DNA of 40,869 nt from a virus (taxonomy: Duplodnaviria > Caudoviricetes): the IMG/VR virus record IMGVR_UViG_3300038556_000050, positions 1 through 40,869 of that record. One strand, written 5' to 3'. Positions within the stretch are counted from its first letter, which is position 1. Every line of letters starts with the position of its first letter. Of the stretch, positions 18,409-27,781 are shown piece after piece. The notes under the pieces are model-generated. The model made no database searches. It was given only the letters and a program-made list of their open reading frames with translations, and was not told the DNA's origin. The translations under genes were made by a program, and so were the position numbers.

Positions 18409-19557
18409 TTATTTCTTGCCCGAGCAGAAGATGTGGACCACGCCCACGTCCTCAGCCGTGCCGCTGATGCTATCGACCAGCTTTTTGTAGCCAGGCACCA
18501 TGGTGACGGCCATTTCAGCGTTGCCGCCGTGGTCGCCAACCTCAGTGGTGATCGCCATGCGCACGGAACCGTCGGTATCGACGGTCGTGTACATCGCGTT
18601 CAGTGAGGCATCGTCATTCAGCTTCACCGCGCCGTATGCCAAGCACGCGGCGTTGGCACCGAGCAGGAGGCAGTGAGACACGTCGATGCTGTTCGCACCG
18701 GCCGCAGCCTCGTACATCGGGTTCGGGTTAGCCGTGGTAGGCTTGTAGAACGTCGGGACCACGTAGATGAGCATGTCATTATACTCACCGATGAAGGTGC
18801 CGCCGTTGATCACGTTGAAGACCGGCTTGTCCTTGTAGTTGACCAGGTTCTTGAAGTCCGGGTCACGTTTGATGTCGCGGCCAGCAATCGGGGTCAGAAG
18901 AACAACCCACTTGCGGACAAAGGCATCCTTGGTGACCTGGAACGAGGCTGGCGTCATGAAGGTCTTGCTGGAAGACTCGTTCTCGGCCTTGAACTTGGCC
19001 TCATCGAGCATCGCAAGAGACATCTTGTCGTCGGTCACATCCACGTTCGCGAGAGCGGTGGCATGGGTGGCGTTCCAGTTGTCGTCAGACGCACCGTAAA
19101 GATACCGGTTCCGTGTACGGCCAGAGCTTTCATCGGTCAGAGCGGCGAGCAGCTTATAGGCCACGCGAGACGCTGCAGCACGTTGCAGACGGCGTTTTGC
19201 GGTATCAGGCAGGTTAACACCGGTCCGCAGGGCGGATTCGGTGATATTGTTGACCTGGACAGCAACACGGTCGCGGGCGACGGATACGTTGTCGACCACG
19301 AAGGACAAGCCTTCGCCAGTACCCGACAAGCGTTCATCGCCGGTTTTCCAGCCGTCCATCCCGATTTCGTCGGTGAAGGCAACTTGAGAGCTTGAGCCCT
19401 CGCCGATGTTGAACTTCTCCGTGATGATGATGGAGTTGCTGCCGTTGGGCCGCATGATAGGCATCAACGGGTTATTGATGAGGCTCCCTTCCAAGATCTC
19501 GTTGGCGAATTTGGTTTTCGACAACGCGTGGTTAGAAGCAATGGTAGGATTTGGCAT
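18409..19557 (-). CDS. Major capsid protein (N4-gp56/DUF4043-like)
   Basis: 382 aa after scaffold; GDERLSGTGEGLSFVVDNVSV, DIKRDPDF, GTFIGEYNDM, CLLLGANA. Confidence 0.8.
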   Translation of the reverse strand: MPNPTIASNHALSKTKFANEILEGSLINNPLMPIMRPNGSNSIIITEKFNIGEGSSSQVAFTDEIGMDGWKTGDERLSGTGEGLSFVVDNVSVARDRVAVQVNNITESALRTGVNLPDTAKRRLQRAAASRVAYKLLAALTDESSGRTRNRYLYGASDDNWNATHATALANVDVTDDKMSLAMLDEAKFKAENESSSKTFMTPASFQVTKDAFVRKWVVLLTPIAGRDIKRDPDFKNLVNYKDKPVFNVINGGTFIGEYNDMLIYVVPTFYKPTTANPNPMYEAAAGANSIDVSHCLLLGANAACLAYGAVKLNDDASLNAMYTTVDTDGSVRMAITTEVGDHGGNAEMAVTMVPGYKKLVDSISGTAEDVGVVHIFCSGKK

Positions 19558-19578
19558 CCTCTTAGCTTTCTATTGGTT

Positions 19579-20400
19579 TTAGCCCAGCACAGTCGCTGTT
19601 GCGCTGCCGGCACCGTTCCCTGTTCGGGCAGCAACCGGGGCGCTTCCATTGAGCTGCACTCGTTGTTTGCGCGGCTGACTTGGGGGCTTCTCCTCCTTGC
19701 CTTCCTTGAGAGCCAGGTTCTCGGCTTCAAGTTCCGCGATGCGGCTTTGAGCATCATCCAGGGCGGTCATGACGTTGCCTTTGGCTTTCACCAAGGGCTT
19801 CATCTTGCCTTCCTGCTCGGTCGAAACCGAGATGATGTGCTCCACCAACTCATTCTCCGGCAGGCTCATGAAGCGCTCGCGCTCTTCAGCGCTGACGTTC
19901 AGCAAGGTGCCGTAGGTGTTGATGATGTCGTCGGCGTTCCGGCCGTTCGCCTTCAGGACCGAGGAAACGGCCTTGAGGTTGCGTTCGGCGAGATTGCATC
20001 GCTGGTTGAAGGCACCGGAGTCATCAATGGCCGGAGCGTCGAGAATACCGTCGAGGCGTGGCCGGTCGATCCCTAGTGATTGAGCTAGCTCATCGCGGTT
20101 TACGGCGCCCTCTTTCTTCTCCAACTCCTTGATAACTTTGTTGAGGATGTTGCGCGTTCCGCGTTCCGATCCCACACGACCGTTCATCTGCTGTACCTGC
20201 GTTTGCAGTTCGGCAATCTTCTGGTCGCGCGGATCTGCAGCTTCTTCTTTCGCCTCTTCCTCGCCCTCACCTGTTGCTTCGGTCTCTTCCGTGGTCTCCT
20301 CAGCGGTCGCCTCTTCCACCTCTTCGGTGGTCTCGGCGTCGGCTTCGGTCTCTTCGAGAAGTTCTTCCTCGGCGTTCAGGTTTTCATTGTCAGTCGTCAT
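19579..20400 (-). CDS. Capsid scaffolding protein
   Basis: Very acidic N-terminus, coiled coils, between portal and capsid. Confidence 0.7.
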   Translation of the reverse strand: MTTDNENLNAEEELLEETEADAETTEEVEEATAEETTEETEATGEGEEEAKEEAADPRDQKIAELQTQVQQMNGRVGSERGTRNILNKVIKELEKKEGAVNRDELAQSLGIDRPRLDGILDAPAIDDSGAFNQRCNLAERNLKAVSSVLKANGRNADDIINTYGTLLNVSAEERERFMSLPENELVEHIISVSTEQEGKMKPLVKAKGNVMTALDDAQSRIAELEAENLALKEGKEEKPPSQPRKQRVQLNGSAPVAARTGNGAGSATATVLG

Positions 20401-22265
20401 GCTGCTAGTCCCTGTGTCGGTTGTAGGGTGGGACCGCCCCCACCAGGCATTCCCGTCGGCGCCATCGGCGCGGTCGGCAATCCTTTAGCAGCATTCTCAT
20501 TGGCGGCGTTCTGAGCGGCCATTTGCTGCGGCAAACCTTTGTTGACTTCGTCCATGAGCTTGGCGGACTGAGGCACACCAAGCAGTTCGAGCAGACCGGG
20601 GGTAAGCCCCTGCAGGCCTCCAGCCGTCTGCATCGCCTTAAGCACCAGCTCGCGGGCGTACTCCTGCTGAGTGGCGACGTCCGGTACCTCTTCGACGTAG
20701 ACGTCATAGACGCCGGTACGGATATCGAGGGTAACGATGGGGTTGCCGTTCTTGTCCTTGGCCGGCTTGCCGTTGGAATCGAGCTGGGGCTGGTTCAGAA
20801 CCAGCGTTTTGACCTCGTTCTTGTCGTCGGTGACCCAGAGGGCGGTCTGGTCGGTGAAAACGGTCTGGATGAGGTAGAGCAGCTTCTCAGCCCAGCGCTT
20901 CTTCATCGCCAAGGCGTTGTCGATAATCATCGCCATGTTGCGGTTGGAGCCGAGTTGCCGCTTCTGGATCGCCACCCCGCTGCTGGCGTTCGTTTCTACC
21001 CCCATGCTTTCATCGAAGATGCCGAGCGCGACCTGAATATCCCGGTCATCGCTTTCGAGAATTGCGGCATGCTGAGAGATCGCCGTTTCGTGGCGGTTGA
21101 TGGACAGTTCCTTGTTGCTCTTCTTCAGCAGGACGCCATCGGGGCGGGCCGCTTCCTTGCGAACCTTATCCGCGTCCGCGGCGTCCCCTTCCATGATGAC
21201 CTGATGGGTGGCCATCAGCCACGTCATGCGGGTCTTTGTCTTGTTGTACCGGCGTTGGGGGTCCTTGGCATTGCGGACCAGGCCGAACGGGATGCCGGTG
21301 TTGTTCTCGCGGAAGCAGACGACCGGGGTGAGCAGGAACAGGCCCTTGGCCGGATTGAGCTGGTAGCCATCTTCGAGGGTGCCGAGCAGGACTTCTCCGG
21401 TGAAATAGACGATGACGACCTTGAAGCCGTGCTTGACGGCTACGTCCTTCTGTCGGGTACCGGGGCGCTTGCGCGCGTTGGCATAGGCTTCAGCTTTGTC
21501 GAAGAAGTTGACGAGACGGTCAGACGTATCGATGACCTCGTAGTACTTGCAAGGCTCCCGCATGAACCATTCGACGACCATGATCTCCTGCGAGCTGTCG
21601 TCGTAGTAGCCATTGCAGAGGGCGGAACGCTCATAGGCTGGACCAGCGAAAGGCTTCAAAAAGGTCCAGTTCGAGGCGGCATCGATCTCGGCCTTGCGAT
21701 CGGGGAACTTGAGCTTCGCCTCCTCCTTGGTCATCCATTCGACCTTGCCGGCATAGCGCTGGTTGCTCATGCCGGGCGTCATGTCAGACAGATCAGGGAT
21801 CACGGTAAGCGGATTGGCACGGGCTTCGAGGATCACGCCGTCCTGGACATCGAACTCATGCCAGCCGAGGCCGCAGACGCGGGCGTCGTGACCGACCTGA
21901 CTGAGGATGTGGGTGGACTGGTTCTTGTCCTCGACAAACATGGCGAGGTCGGTAAGGGCCTCAGCCGTGGCCTTCTGACCATCATCGAAACTGCGGGCAC
22001 GGAAGGCGACCTTGGTACGGGTCTGCACTTCCATGCCCGAGACGTTGTTGAGACGGGACTGGATGCGGTTGAAGGTCAGGGGGTTGATGCCGAGCTTCTT
22101 GACGGCCTCAACCTCTTCGTCCGACCACTGCTCCCCTTCGTAGAAGCGATAGTCTTCCTGAGCGCCGCGCTGCCATTCCTGATACCGCGGATCAGCAACG
22201 GCTACTTCAAACTGAGAACGAGCCCTCTTGAGCAGATCGTCGTCGCGGGCCGTGTTCTCATTCAG
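20397..22265 (-). CDS. Portal protein (P22-like); frame extends 77 codons above first ATG (22034)
   Basis: Extension encodes EDYRFYEGEQWSDEE...PLTFNRIQ, a typical portal N-terminus; also FGLVRNAKDPQRRYN and ASSGVAIQKRQ; start is CTG 22265 or a 1-nt frameshift from ATG 22261. Confidence 0.88.
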   Translation of the reverse strand: MNENTARDDDLLKRARSQFEVAVADPRYQEWQRGAQEDYRFYEGEQWSDEEVEAVKKLGINPLTFNRIQSRLNNVSGMEVQTRTKVAFRARSFDDGQKATAEALTDLAMFVEDKNQSTHILSQVGHDARVCGLGWHEFDVQDGVILEARANPLTVIPDLSDMTPGMSNQRYAGKVEWMTKEEAKLKFPDRKAEIDAASNWTFLKPFAGPAYERSALCNGYYDDSSQEIMVVEWFMREPCKYYEVIDTSDRLVNFFDKAEAYANARKRPGTRQKDVAVKHGFKVVIVYFTGEVLLGTLEDGYQLNPAKGLFLLTPVVCFRENNTGIPFGLVRNAKDPQRRYNKTKTRMTWLMATHQVIMEGDAADADKVRKEAARPDGVLLKKSNKELSINRHETAISQHAAILESDDRDIQVALGIFDESMGVETNASSGVAIQKRQLGSNRNMAMIIDNALAMKKRWAEKLLYLIQTVFTDQTALWVTDDKNEVKTLVLNQPQLDSNGKPAKDKNGNPIVTLDIRTGVYDVYVEEVPDVATQQEYARELVLKAMQTAGGLQGLTPGLLELLGVPQSAKLMDEVNKGLPQQMAAQNAANENAAKGLPTAPMAPTGMPGGGGPTLQPTQGLAA

Positions 22266-22271
22266 CTCCGG

Positions 22272-22547
22272 TTACTTCTTCTTGCGGACGACCTGCATGT
22301 CGCCGTCCATAACGGGCTCGCCATCAACAAGGACAGCTTCGACGGTCTTGTTGCCTTCGACCTTGCCGGACGGGATCAGCGTGTAGCCGCCCTCTTCCGC
22401 CTTGGCGCGGCCGATCAGGTCGGCGGCAACCGCTTCACCTTCGGCTTTGATCTCGCTGGCAGGCGCAACCTGACTGGCAGTTTGCTCTCGATTACCTTCG
22501 GCTTGCTCGGCTTTGGCCGCAGAAACTCGGGTGTTAGGACGTGGCAT
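22272..22547 (-). CDS. Hypothetical phage protein
   Basis: 91 aa between terL and portal. Confidence 0.65.
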   Translation of the reverse strand: MPRPNTRVSAAKAEQAEGNREQTASQVAPASEIKAEGEAVAADLIGRAKAEEGGYTLIPSGKVEGNKTVEAVLVDGEPVMDGDMQVVRKKK

Positions 22548-22608
22548 GTTGATGACTTTCGTTATGCGAGAGAATCATTGAGCGAATTGAAATTGTTGGC
22601 AAGCGTCT

Positions 22609-24012
22609 TCAGCACGCGACCGCAGGACGATCGGCGTAGAAGTTATCGTTTGCTGGCTTACGCCGAGCGACATCGCGCCCGCTCACCACTGCGTAGCGCA
22701 GGCCGTCCAGCCTGTGATCGTTCTTCTTGATGACACGTCCTTTTTCATCGCGCGAATACATGCGGCGTTCCGACAACAGTCCTTCACACGTTTTAAAGAT
22801 TTTCAGCAGCCCGTTCTGGAAAAGCTCAAGCACGGTCTGAATTCCGCTTTCGACCGAATTGTCCGCCGGATCGAGTCGCAGCCCATGACTTGCGTACTTC
22901 TCGATGAGCGCTGATCCATCCGCTTGACCGACAGCCTGGCCGGCGGGATCACACACCCCCGGTATCCAGATTCCGCGGGCGAGGATGTTGTTGGCATGAC
23001 TCTGCGTACTCAGCTCGGATTGCGCGTAATCGGAATACGCGTACCAGACGCCAGTATCCGGGTTTTGAGCAAGCCAGACAGCTGCCGTGGGATTGGTCCA
23101 GCCAAAGTCCATGCCGAAGCAGCGTTTCCAGTGGTCCGGGATGTCGAACGGCTCGCAGATAATGCTCTCCTCCGTGACGGGATAGATCATGCCGCTGCCG
23201 AGCGACGGCACACCCTTCATCCGCGCTTCGAGCTCGTGAGGCCTTGAGGCAAATGCTTTGATGAGGCTGGCGCGCTCTTCCGGCGACAGGTACGGATTGT
23301 CCTCCCAGCCTGCCTGGACGAACACCTTACCGTCCCGCGGCTGACCGCTAAGCAGTCCCTCGGTGAAGTTGTGCAGCAGTTCGGTCAGGCCCATGAGCGG
23401 CGTCATGGTCATCAGCATCACGCCCTGCGGCTTGTTGCCGACAGCGGCTGTACGCATGAAGCATTCGTCGTAGACGTCCTGCGGCGGCTCCTCGTCGAGG
23501 TGGATGACGTGCTTGTGCGTGCCTTGGAACTTGGCGCTGCCCTGATCGTAGCTCTTGAAGCCGAGCTGACTGATGCCGCCACTCTTGTGCTTGATGAAGA
23601 CGGTATCGACCGCATCGGCGATTCCGCCACGCATCGAGGGGCGGCCAACAATCAGCGATGGGTGGACGGTGCCAATGGTCCCCTTCTTGAGATTTCCGAG
23701 ATATTCGTTCTGAAGAATGTCCCGCGTCGCCTCGCCGGTTACTGACGCCGCCCAGGCATCGACCGGGCCGTCGAAGCGCCTACCCTTCCACCAAGCCGGA
23801 TAATTGCCGGTGAGGTGCATGGAGTTCTCGGCCGCGCCGCAGAAGGTCTTGCCGACGCGGTTGCCGGCCAGAAACAGGCGCTCACGACACGTGGCGCCGA
23901 GATCATGGAATTGTTGCTGCTTGACGTGCGGCTTGTAGAAGAGAAAGCGCCGCCGCTCTTCAGCGAGCCATTCAAAAGCGTTCTCCGCAACCCCGCGGGC
24001 ATTGAAGTCTAT
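22609..24012 (-). CDS. terL: Terminase large subunit; frame extends 64 codons above first ATG (23820)
   Basis: Extension holds Walker A FLAGNRVGKT; Walker B IHLDEEPP, MTMTP, nuclease GMDFG and DHRLDGLRY; only candidate start is ATA 24012. Confidence 0.92.
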   Translation of the reverse strand: MDFNARGVAENAFEWLAEERRRFLFYKPHVKQQQFHDLGATCRERLFLAGNRVGKTFCGAAENSMHLTGNYPAWWKGRRFDGPVDAWAASVTGEATRDILQNEYLGNLKKGTIGTVHPSLIVGRPSMRGGIADAVDTVFIKHKSGGISQLGFKSYDQGSAKFQGTHKHVIHLDEEPPQDVYDECFMRTAAVGNKPQGVMLMTMTPLMGLTELLHNFTEGLLSGQPRDGKVFVQAGWEDNPYLSPEERASLIKAFASRPHELEARMKGVPSLGSGMIYPVTEESIICEPFDIPDHWKRCFGMDFGWTNPTAAVWLAQNPDTGVWYAYSDYAQSELSTQSHANNILARGIWIPGVCDPAGQAVGQADGSALIEKYASHGLRLDPADNSVESGIQTVLELFQNGLLKIFKTCEGLLSERRMYSRDEKGRVIKKNDHRLDGLRYAVVSGRDVARRKPANDNFYADRPAVAC

Positions 24013-24413
24013 TGATCGTTTTTCCTATTCCGAGTGTGCAATCTATCACGCAAGAACCCGAACGTCATCCGAACACGCATGAACACAAACCTGAAAAACG
24101 TCCTCGTGCTTTCGTTTCGAAAGGTTTCAAGTCGTCGCTTTTCCATACGACTGTAATGCATGTAGTTCTCGTCGAGACTTGGTCCCCTGAACGATTGATC
24201 GCTAGGGCTACACACGGCTCTCCAGAGTACCCAGCAGGCCAGTGCGGATACCAAGAAGGTCGTCAAAGACGACAAGCCGGTCCAAGCCGATAACTCTTGC
24301 AATAGCACATTCAGTTCGAGGACTGCCAAGAGCGCAGCCGCCGATCCCACCGCGATGAAAGTATATATCGGGAGCAAATGCACTGAACGATACATGATCT
24401 TTCCGACACTCAC
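24009..24413 (-). CDS. Moron membrane protein (2 TM, basic C-terminus)
   Basis: GTG coupled to upstream stop; lower GC than flanks; lies between terS and terL. Confidence 0.55.
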   Translation of the reverse strand: MSVGKIMYRSVHLLPIYTFIAVGSAAALLAVLELNVLLQELSAWTGLSSLTTFLVSALACWVLWRAVCSPSDQSFRGPSLDENYMHYSRMEKRRLETFRNESTRTFFRFVFMRVRMTFGFLRDRLHTRNRKNDQ

Positions 24414-24697
24414 TTGCGCTGCCCTCCCCGCGCCACGGTGTATATTCCAATTGCTGAGATACAAATGATCATCGAAAGATCGGCAGCATCGAGTAAGTAT
24501 TGAAGAGGTACTGCGAACCTTGTGTTCTTGAAGAAAATAATCTCCTCGCCAGGGTGGGTTAAATGAGCAAACCACTGGATTGCGCCAATACATCCGATCA
24601 GAAATCCGATCGTAAGCGCATGAGACAAAAGCTCATTGAACAGCTCCCACCAACGAACCCATGTATCTCTGACATTTTCGTTTTCGAATTGGCTCAT
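24410..24697 (-). CDS. Moron membrane protein (2 TM)
   Basis: 95 aa with two hydrophobic helices; AT-rich. Confidence 0.6.
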   Translation of the reverse strand: MSQFENENVRDTWVRWWELFNELLSHALTIGFLIGCIGAIQWFAHLTHPGEEIIFFKNTRFAVPLQYLLDAADLSMIICISAIGIYTVARGGQRK

Positions 24698-24743
24698 GTA
24701 TTACCCCCCACCACACGTCACGGTAGTAGGAAGTCGACTGAAA

Positions 24744-25235
24744 TCAAGCGCTTTCCTTCAGCGCTTTGGCGACTGCCGCGATGACTGCATCTGGCACTTC
24801 GGACAGATCCGGCTTGGTCACGAGCGGATTGTCCTTGTCGCCCTTGAGCGTGGTCTCACTCTTCTCACCGTAAGTCTCTCGGTTCAGCTTACTGGCCTTC
24901 CAGCGAGCGTGATTGCCCATTTCCTTGAGCGTATCGACCAGCGGTTTGTTCGAGGCGCCGTCCAGCCCCATCTCGTAGACCGTCGCCAGCCGTTCCTCGT
25001 GTGAAATTAATTGCAACTCGACGCCCTGGCGCTGCGCCTCCTGCCGACGTGCCGAAAACCCTGAATCCGCGAGCCAGCGATAGCGCGTATCCCAGCAAAC
25101 CATGCCGTCTACGGCGTTGATCTCGATTTCAGTCTTTCCCAGGCGTAAAAGCGCAAGATACAACTCCTGCAGCGCCGTGACTTTCTCAACGGAGATGGGA
25201 GGACGCCCTGTGCGGGCCGGCTTGGTCGAACTCAT
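24744..25235 (-). CDS. terS: Terminase small subunit (Sf6-like)
   Basis: GRPP, TRYRWL, ARWKASKLNRETYGEK, GDKDNPL; upstream of terL. Confidence 0.8.
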   Translation of the reverse strand: MSSTKPARTGRPPISVEKVTALQELYLALLRLGKTEIEINAVDGMVCWDTRYRWLADSGFSARRQEAQRQGVELQLISHEERLATVYEMGLDGASNKPLVDTLKEMGNHARWKASKLNRETYGEKSETTLKGDKDNPLVTKPDLSEVPDAVIAAVAKALKESA

Positions 25236-25558
25236 TACATATTATGTGCACAATCCGGTATTTTCTGGCAATCACATTGCGAATCGGGATTGCTATTATA
25301 GATTCACATCCGAACGATTCGCGCATCAGCCGCATCACGTGAGGCTTATTCACAGCCCCAAGCCGCGCAGTAAGCAATTCATTTACATCGTGCAAATTAG
25401 CACAATATTCACAAACCATTGAAATCACGAGATATTTCAAACTTCAGAATTACTAATGTTTGTCCTGTGAAAAACCGATAAATTCTGCGTCGCCGGGGCT
25501 TGTGGTCCGACAGGATTCAGGCGTAGATAATCGCCACATACCGCCCTTTGGATTCGTG

Positions 25559-26143
25559 ATGCCCGGAGAGTTCGACCCAGCTATCAACGTTCTTGAACGC
25601 CGCCGCGAGGAAGCCCTCGTCGGCGTTGCGGAGCTTGAGCGCACCATCAATGCGCTGTGCAAGGAAGCTGGCTATCCCGCGCGCTACACCGAGACCAGCG
25701 GTGCCGGCGGCAACAAGGTCACCCAGATCGGCGATGACACGTTCTACGGAATGAAGCAGACGTCGGCGATGCGCATGTACTTGGAGATGCGCAAGGCTCA
25801 GAGCTTGGGTCCGGCGTCAGCCCGCGAGATCTACGAAGCAATCAAGTCCGGCGGTTATGTCTTCGAGGCCAAGGATGCCGAGACCGCCCTTGTCGGCATG
25901 CGCGCCCTGCTTCGCACTCAGCCACTCGTTTTCCATCGCCTGCCTCAGGGCACGTGGGGCCTTACCGCCTGGTATCCAGATGCCAAGAGGCCCAAGAGCG
26001 AGGAGCCAAAGAAAAAGGCGACGTCCAAGAAGGGCGTCGCCTCGAAGAGATCCAGACTGGCCCGAATTCGCGCAACGAAGGCGGCTAGTTCTGGTTCGGC
26101 GGCAGAGGGAACTCTGCCCGTTGACGAGGATGGGGAGACCTAG
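25559..26143 (+). CDS. Winged-helix-like DNA-binding protein with Lys-rich tail
   Basis: AMRMYLEMRK...ASAREIYEAIKSGG...GTWGLTAWY resembles HARE-HTH; start uncertain. Confidence 0.6.
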   Translation: MPGEFDPAINVLERRREEALVGVAELERTINALCKEAGYPARYTETSGAGGNKVTQIGDDTFYGMKQTSAMRMYLEMRKAQSLGPASAREIYEAIKSGGYVFEAKDAETALVGMRALLRTQPLVFHRLPQGTWGLTAWYPDAKRPKSEEPKKKATSKKGVASKRSRLARIRATKAASSGSAAEGTLPVDEDGET

Positions 26144-26339
26144 GACTCCGCCATCGACCTGGCCGGTCTCCAAAACCGGCTCCAGAGTGTAAGCGCCCCG
26201 GTTCACCCCGGGTGCGCCCAAGCGCTTTTTATCTAGGCTTTTTGGGGACTCGGGTCAACGCATCCCGGCGCCGGCAGACTGTCCGGCAGCGCATAGCGTT
26301 AATGTTATCCACCTCGCCGGTCGCGCATCCCGGGGGTGG

Positions 26340-27284
26340 TTGCCGGCCATCCGCAGCCAAGCGGATAACAGCGATTCAGTTGGCAAGCCCGCAGAGGAAC
26401 CCGTGACCGAAGACAACCTAGAAAAACTTCCTGACTACACCACGCCGGAGGACTTCTTCTTCAAGACCCCTCCTTACGATCAGCTGGAAATCTCTGATGC
26501 CCAGGTGCACGACCTTTTTGTTGAGCCTCTAACACTTGATGGGTTCTGCCCCTACTGCAACCAGTCGCGAACCTTCAGTCGCTCCAAGGGGGAGCGCAGT
26601 AACAATTGGTATGTACACCACAAGGTCCACGGCTACCTCGGCGATATTGTCCTCCAATGCACTAGGTATGAAGAGCACACCCTCCGCTTCCACGTTCGGA
26701 TGAGCGACGACACCATCTATAAATCGGGACAAGACCCGTCGTTTGCCGATATCGCAATCGACGAGAGCAAGGATTACTCGAAGCTCCTGACGAGGGCCGA
26801 TGCCGCGGAGTTCCACCGCGCCATCGGTTTGGCCGCTCACAACGTCGGTATTGGCTCCTACGTCTACCTGCGCCGCATATTCGAGCGGCTCGTCTTCAAG
26901 CGGTTCGAGGACTTCAAGTTGGAAGCCGGCTGGAAGGACGAGGACTTCTATGGCGTCCGCATGGATGATCGCGTCCGCCTACTAAAAGATCACCTTCCCT
27001 CATTTCTGGTGAAGAACGCGCGCATCTACTCGATTCTCAGCCTTGGTATACATGAGCTGGACGAAAAGCAGTGTCTCCAATTCTTTCCGGTGCTCCGCCA
27101 GTCGCTCATTTTGATCCTGGAGCAGGACAAGAAGCTTAAGGAAGAACTGGAATTACAGAAACAGCTCGAGAAGAGTATCGCGGCATTCGAACCTCCCAAG
27201 AAACTTGCTCCCCCAGCAACGCCTCTATCGCTCGCCGATCTCGGCAATCATCTCGAAGCTAGGCAGGGTAAGAATGAGTCCTAG
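26340..27284 (+). CDS. Moron protein, DUF4145/HEPN-like helical domain with N-terminal Cys motif
   Basis: CPYC; GIGSYVYLRRIFERLV; YSILSLGIHEL; start uncertain (GTG 26403 possible). Confidence 0.6.
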   Translation: MPAIRSQADNSDSVGKPAEEPVTEDNLEKLPDYTTPEDFFFKTPPYDQLEISDAQVHDLFVEPLTLDGFCPYCNQSRTFSRSKGERSNNWYVHHKVHGYLGDIVLQCTRYEEHTLRFHVRMSDDTIYKSGQDPSFADIAIDESKDYSKLLTRADAAEFHRAIGLAAHNVGIGSYVYLRRIFERLVFKRFEDFKLEAGWKDEDFYGVRMDDRVRLLKDHLPSFLVKNARIYSILSLGIHELDEKQCLQFFPVLRQSLILILEQDKKLKEELELQKQLEKSIAAFEPPKKLAPPATPLSLADLGNHLEARQGKNES

Positions 27285-27397
27285 CCGCGGCGCTGGTTCT
27301 CTGCGTTCGCGTGACCGATCATTGCTCCCAGTAGGAACACGAGCGCCAGAATGGCGCATCCCACTGGCGAGAACATCACCTCTAAGATTTCAATCAC
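27281..27397 (-). CDS. 38-aa single-TM peptide
   Basis: Hand translation MIEILEVMFSPVGCAILALVFLLGAMIGHANAENQRRG. Confidence 0.4.
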   Translation of the reverse strand: MIEILEVMFSPVGCAILALVFLLGAMIGHANAENQRRG

Positions 27398-27416
27398 TTC
27401 TCGTACTTTCTTTTCG

Positions 27417-27569
27417 TTACTGTTTCGCGACCCACTCGAACCCGAATTCCTGAGCGATGTGAGCAGAGATCAGCTCGATCGCTTCCACGGCCTCGGGCGA
27501 GTAGCCGATCGCCTCATTGCGTGCGGCCCTTAGAGCTTTGAGCAATCCGGTGATGATCCTGCCTTCCAT
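27417..27569 (-). CDS. 50-aa hypothetical phage protein
   Basis: Hand translation MEGRIITGLLKALRAARNEAIG...; TGATG coupling to upstream gene. Confidence 0.5.
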   Translation of the reverse strand: MEGRIITGLLKALRAARNEAIGYSPEAVEAIELISAHIAQEFGFEWVAKQ

Positions 27570-27781
27570 CAGCTGTTCACTACCGCGCTGAAGTCAGTAT
27601 GGGCGGCCAGCGCGCTCGCGATCACCTCATCATCGCCTTGGTTTTGACTGATGGCGAGGATCGCGCAGGCCAGCGCAACCTTCTCCGGATCTTCATTGGC
27701 CGGGCCACGTTGCATCACCTCCTGAGCGATCTGCACAGGCGTCTTGTCGATCTTCATTTTCCGTATCTTCCGTTGTTTCAA
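27569..27781 (-). CDS. Hypothetical phage protein
   Basis: Part of tightly packed small-gene operon. Confidence 0.5.
   Translation of the reverse strand: MKQRKIRKMKIDKTPVQIAQEVMQRGPANEDPEKVALACAILAISQNQGDDEVIASALAAHTDFSAVVNS

Noticed and set aside
20240-20400. Repetitive GAA/GAG-rich tract
   Set aside because: Simply encodes the acidic scaffold N-terminus; not an array
20523-22730. 735-aa plus-strand ORF
   Set aside because: Antisense shadow of the portal gene, expected in GC-rich codon-biased DNA; no motifs
24060-24074. Second GAAC-N7-GAAC match 48 nt upstream of the terL ATA
   Set aside because: Lies inside a coding region, and about one chance match is expected in 41 kb; no promoter evidence
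25186-25440. 84-aa minus-strand ORF upstream of terS
   Set aside because: AT-rich divergent intergenic region, no RBS or motif; more likely regulatory DNA
26145-26225. Complete tRNA gene
   Set aside because: Only the anticodon arm is recognisable; kept as a finding, not a feature
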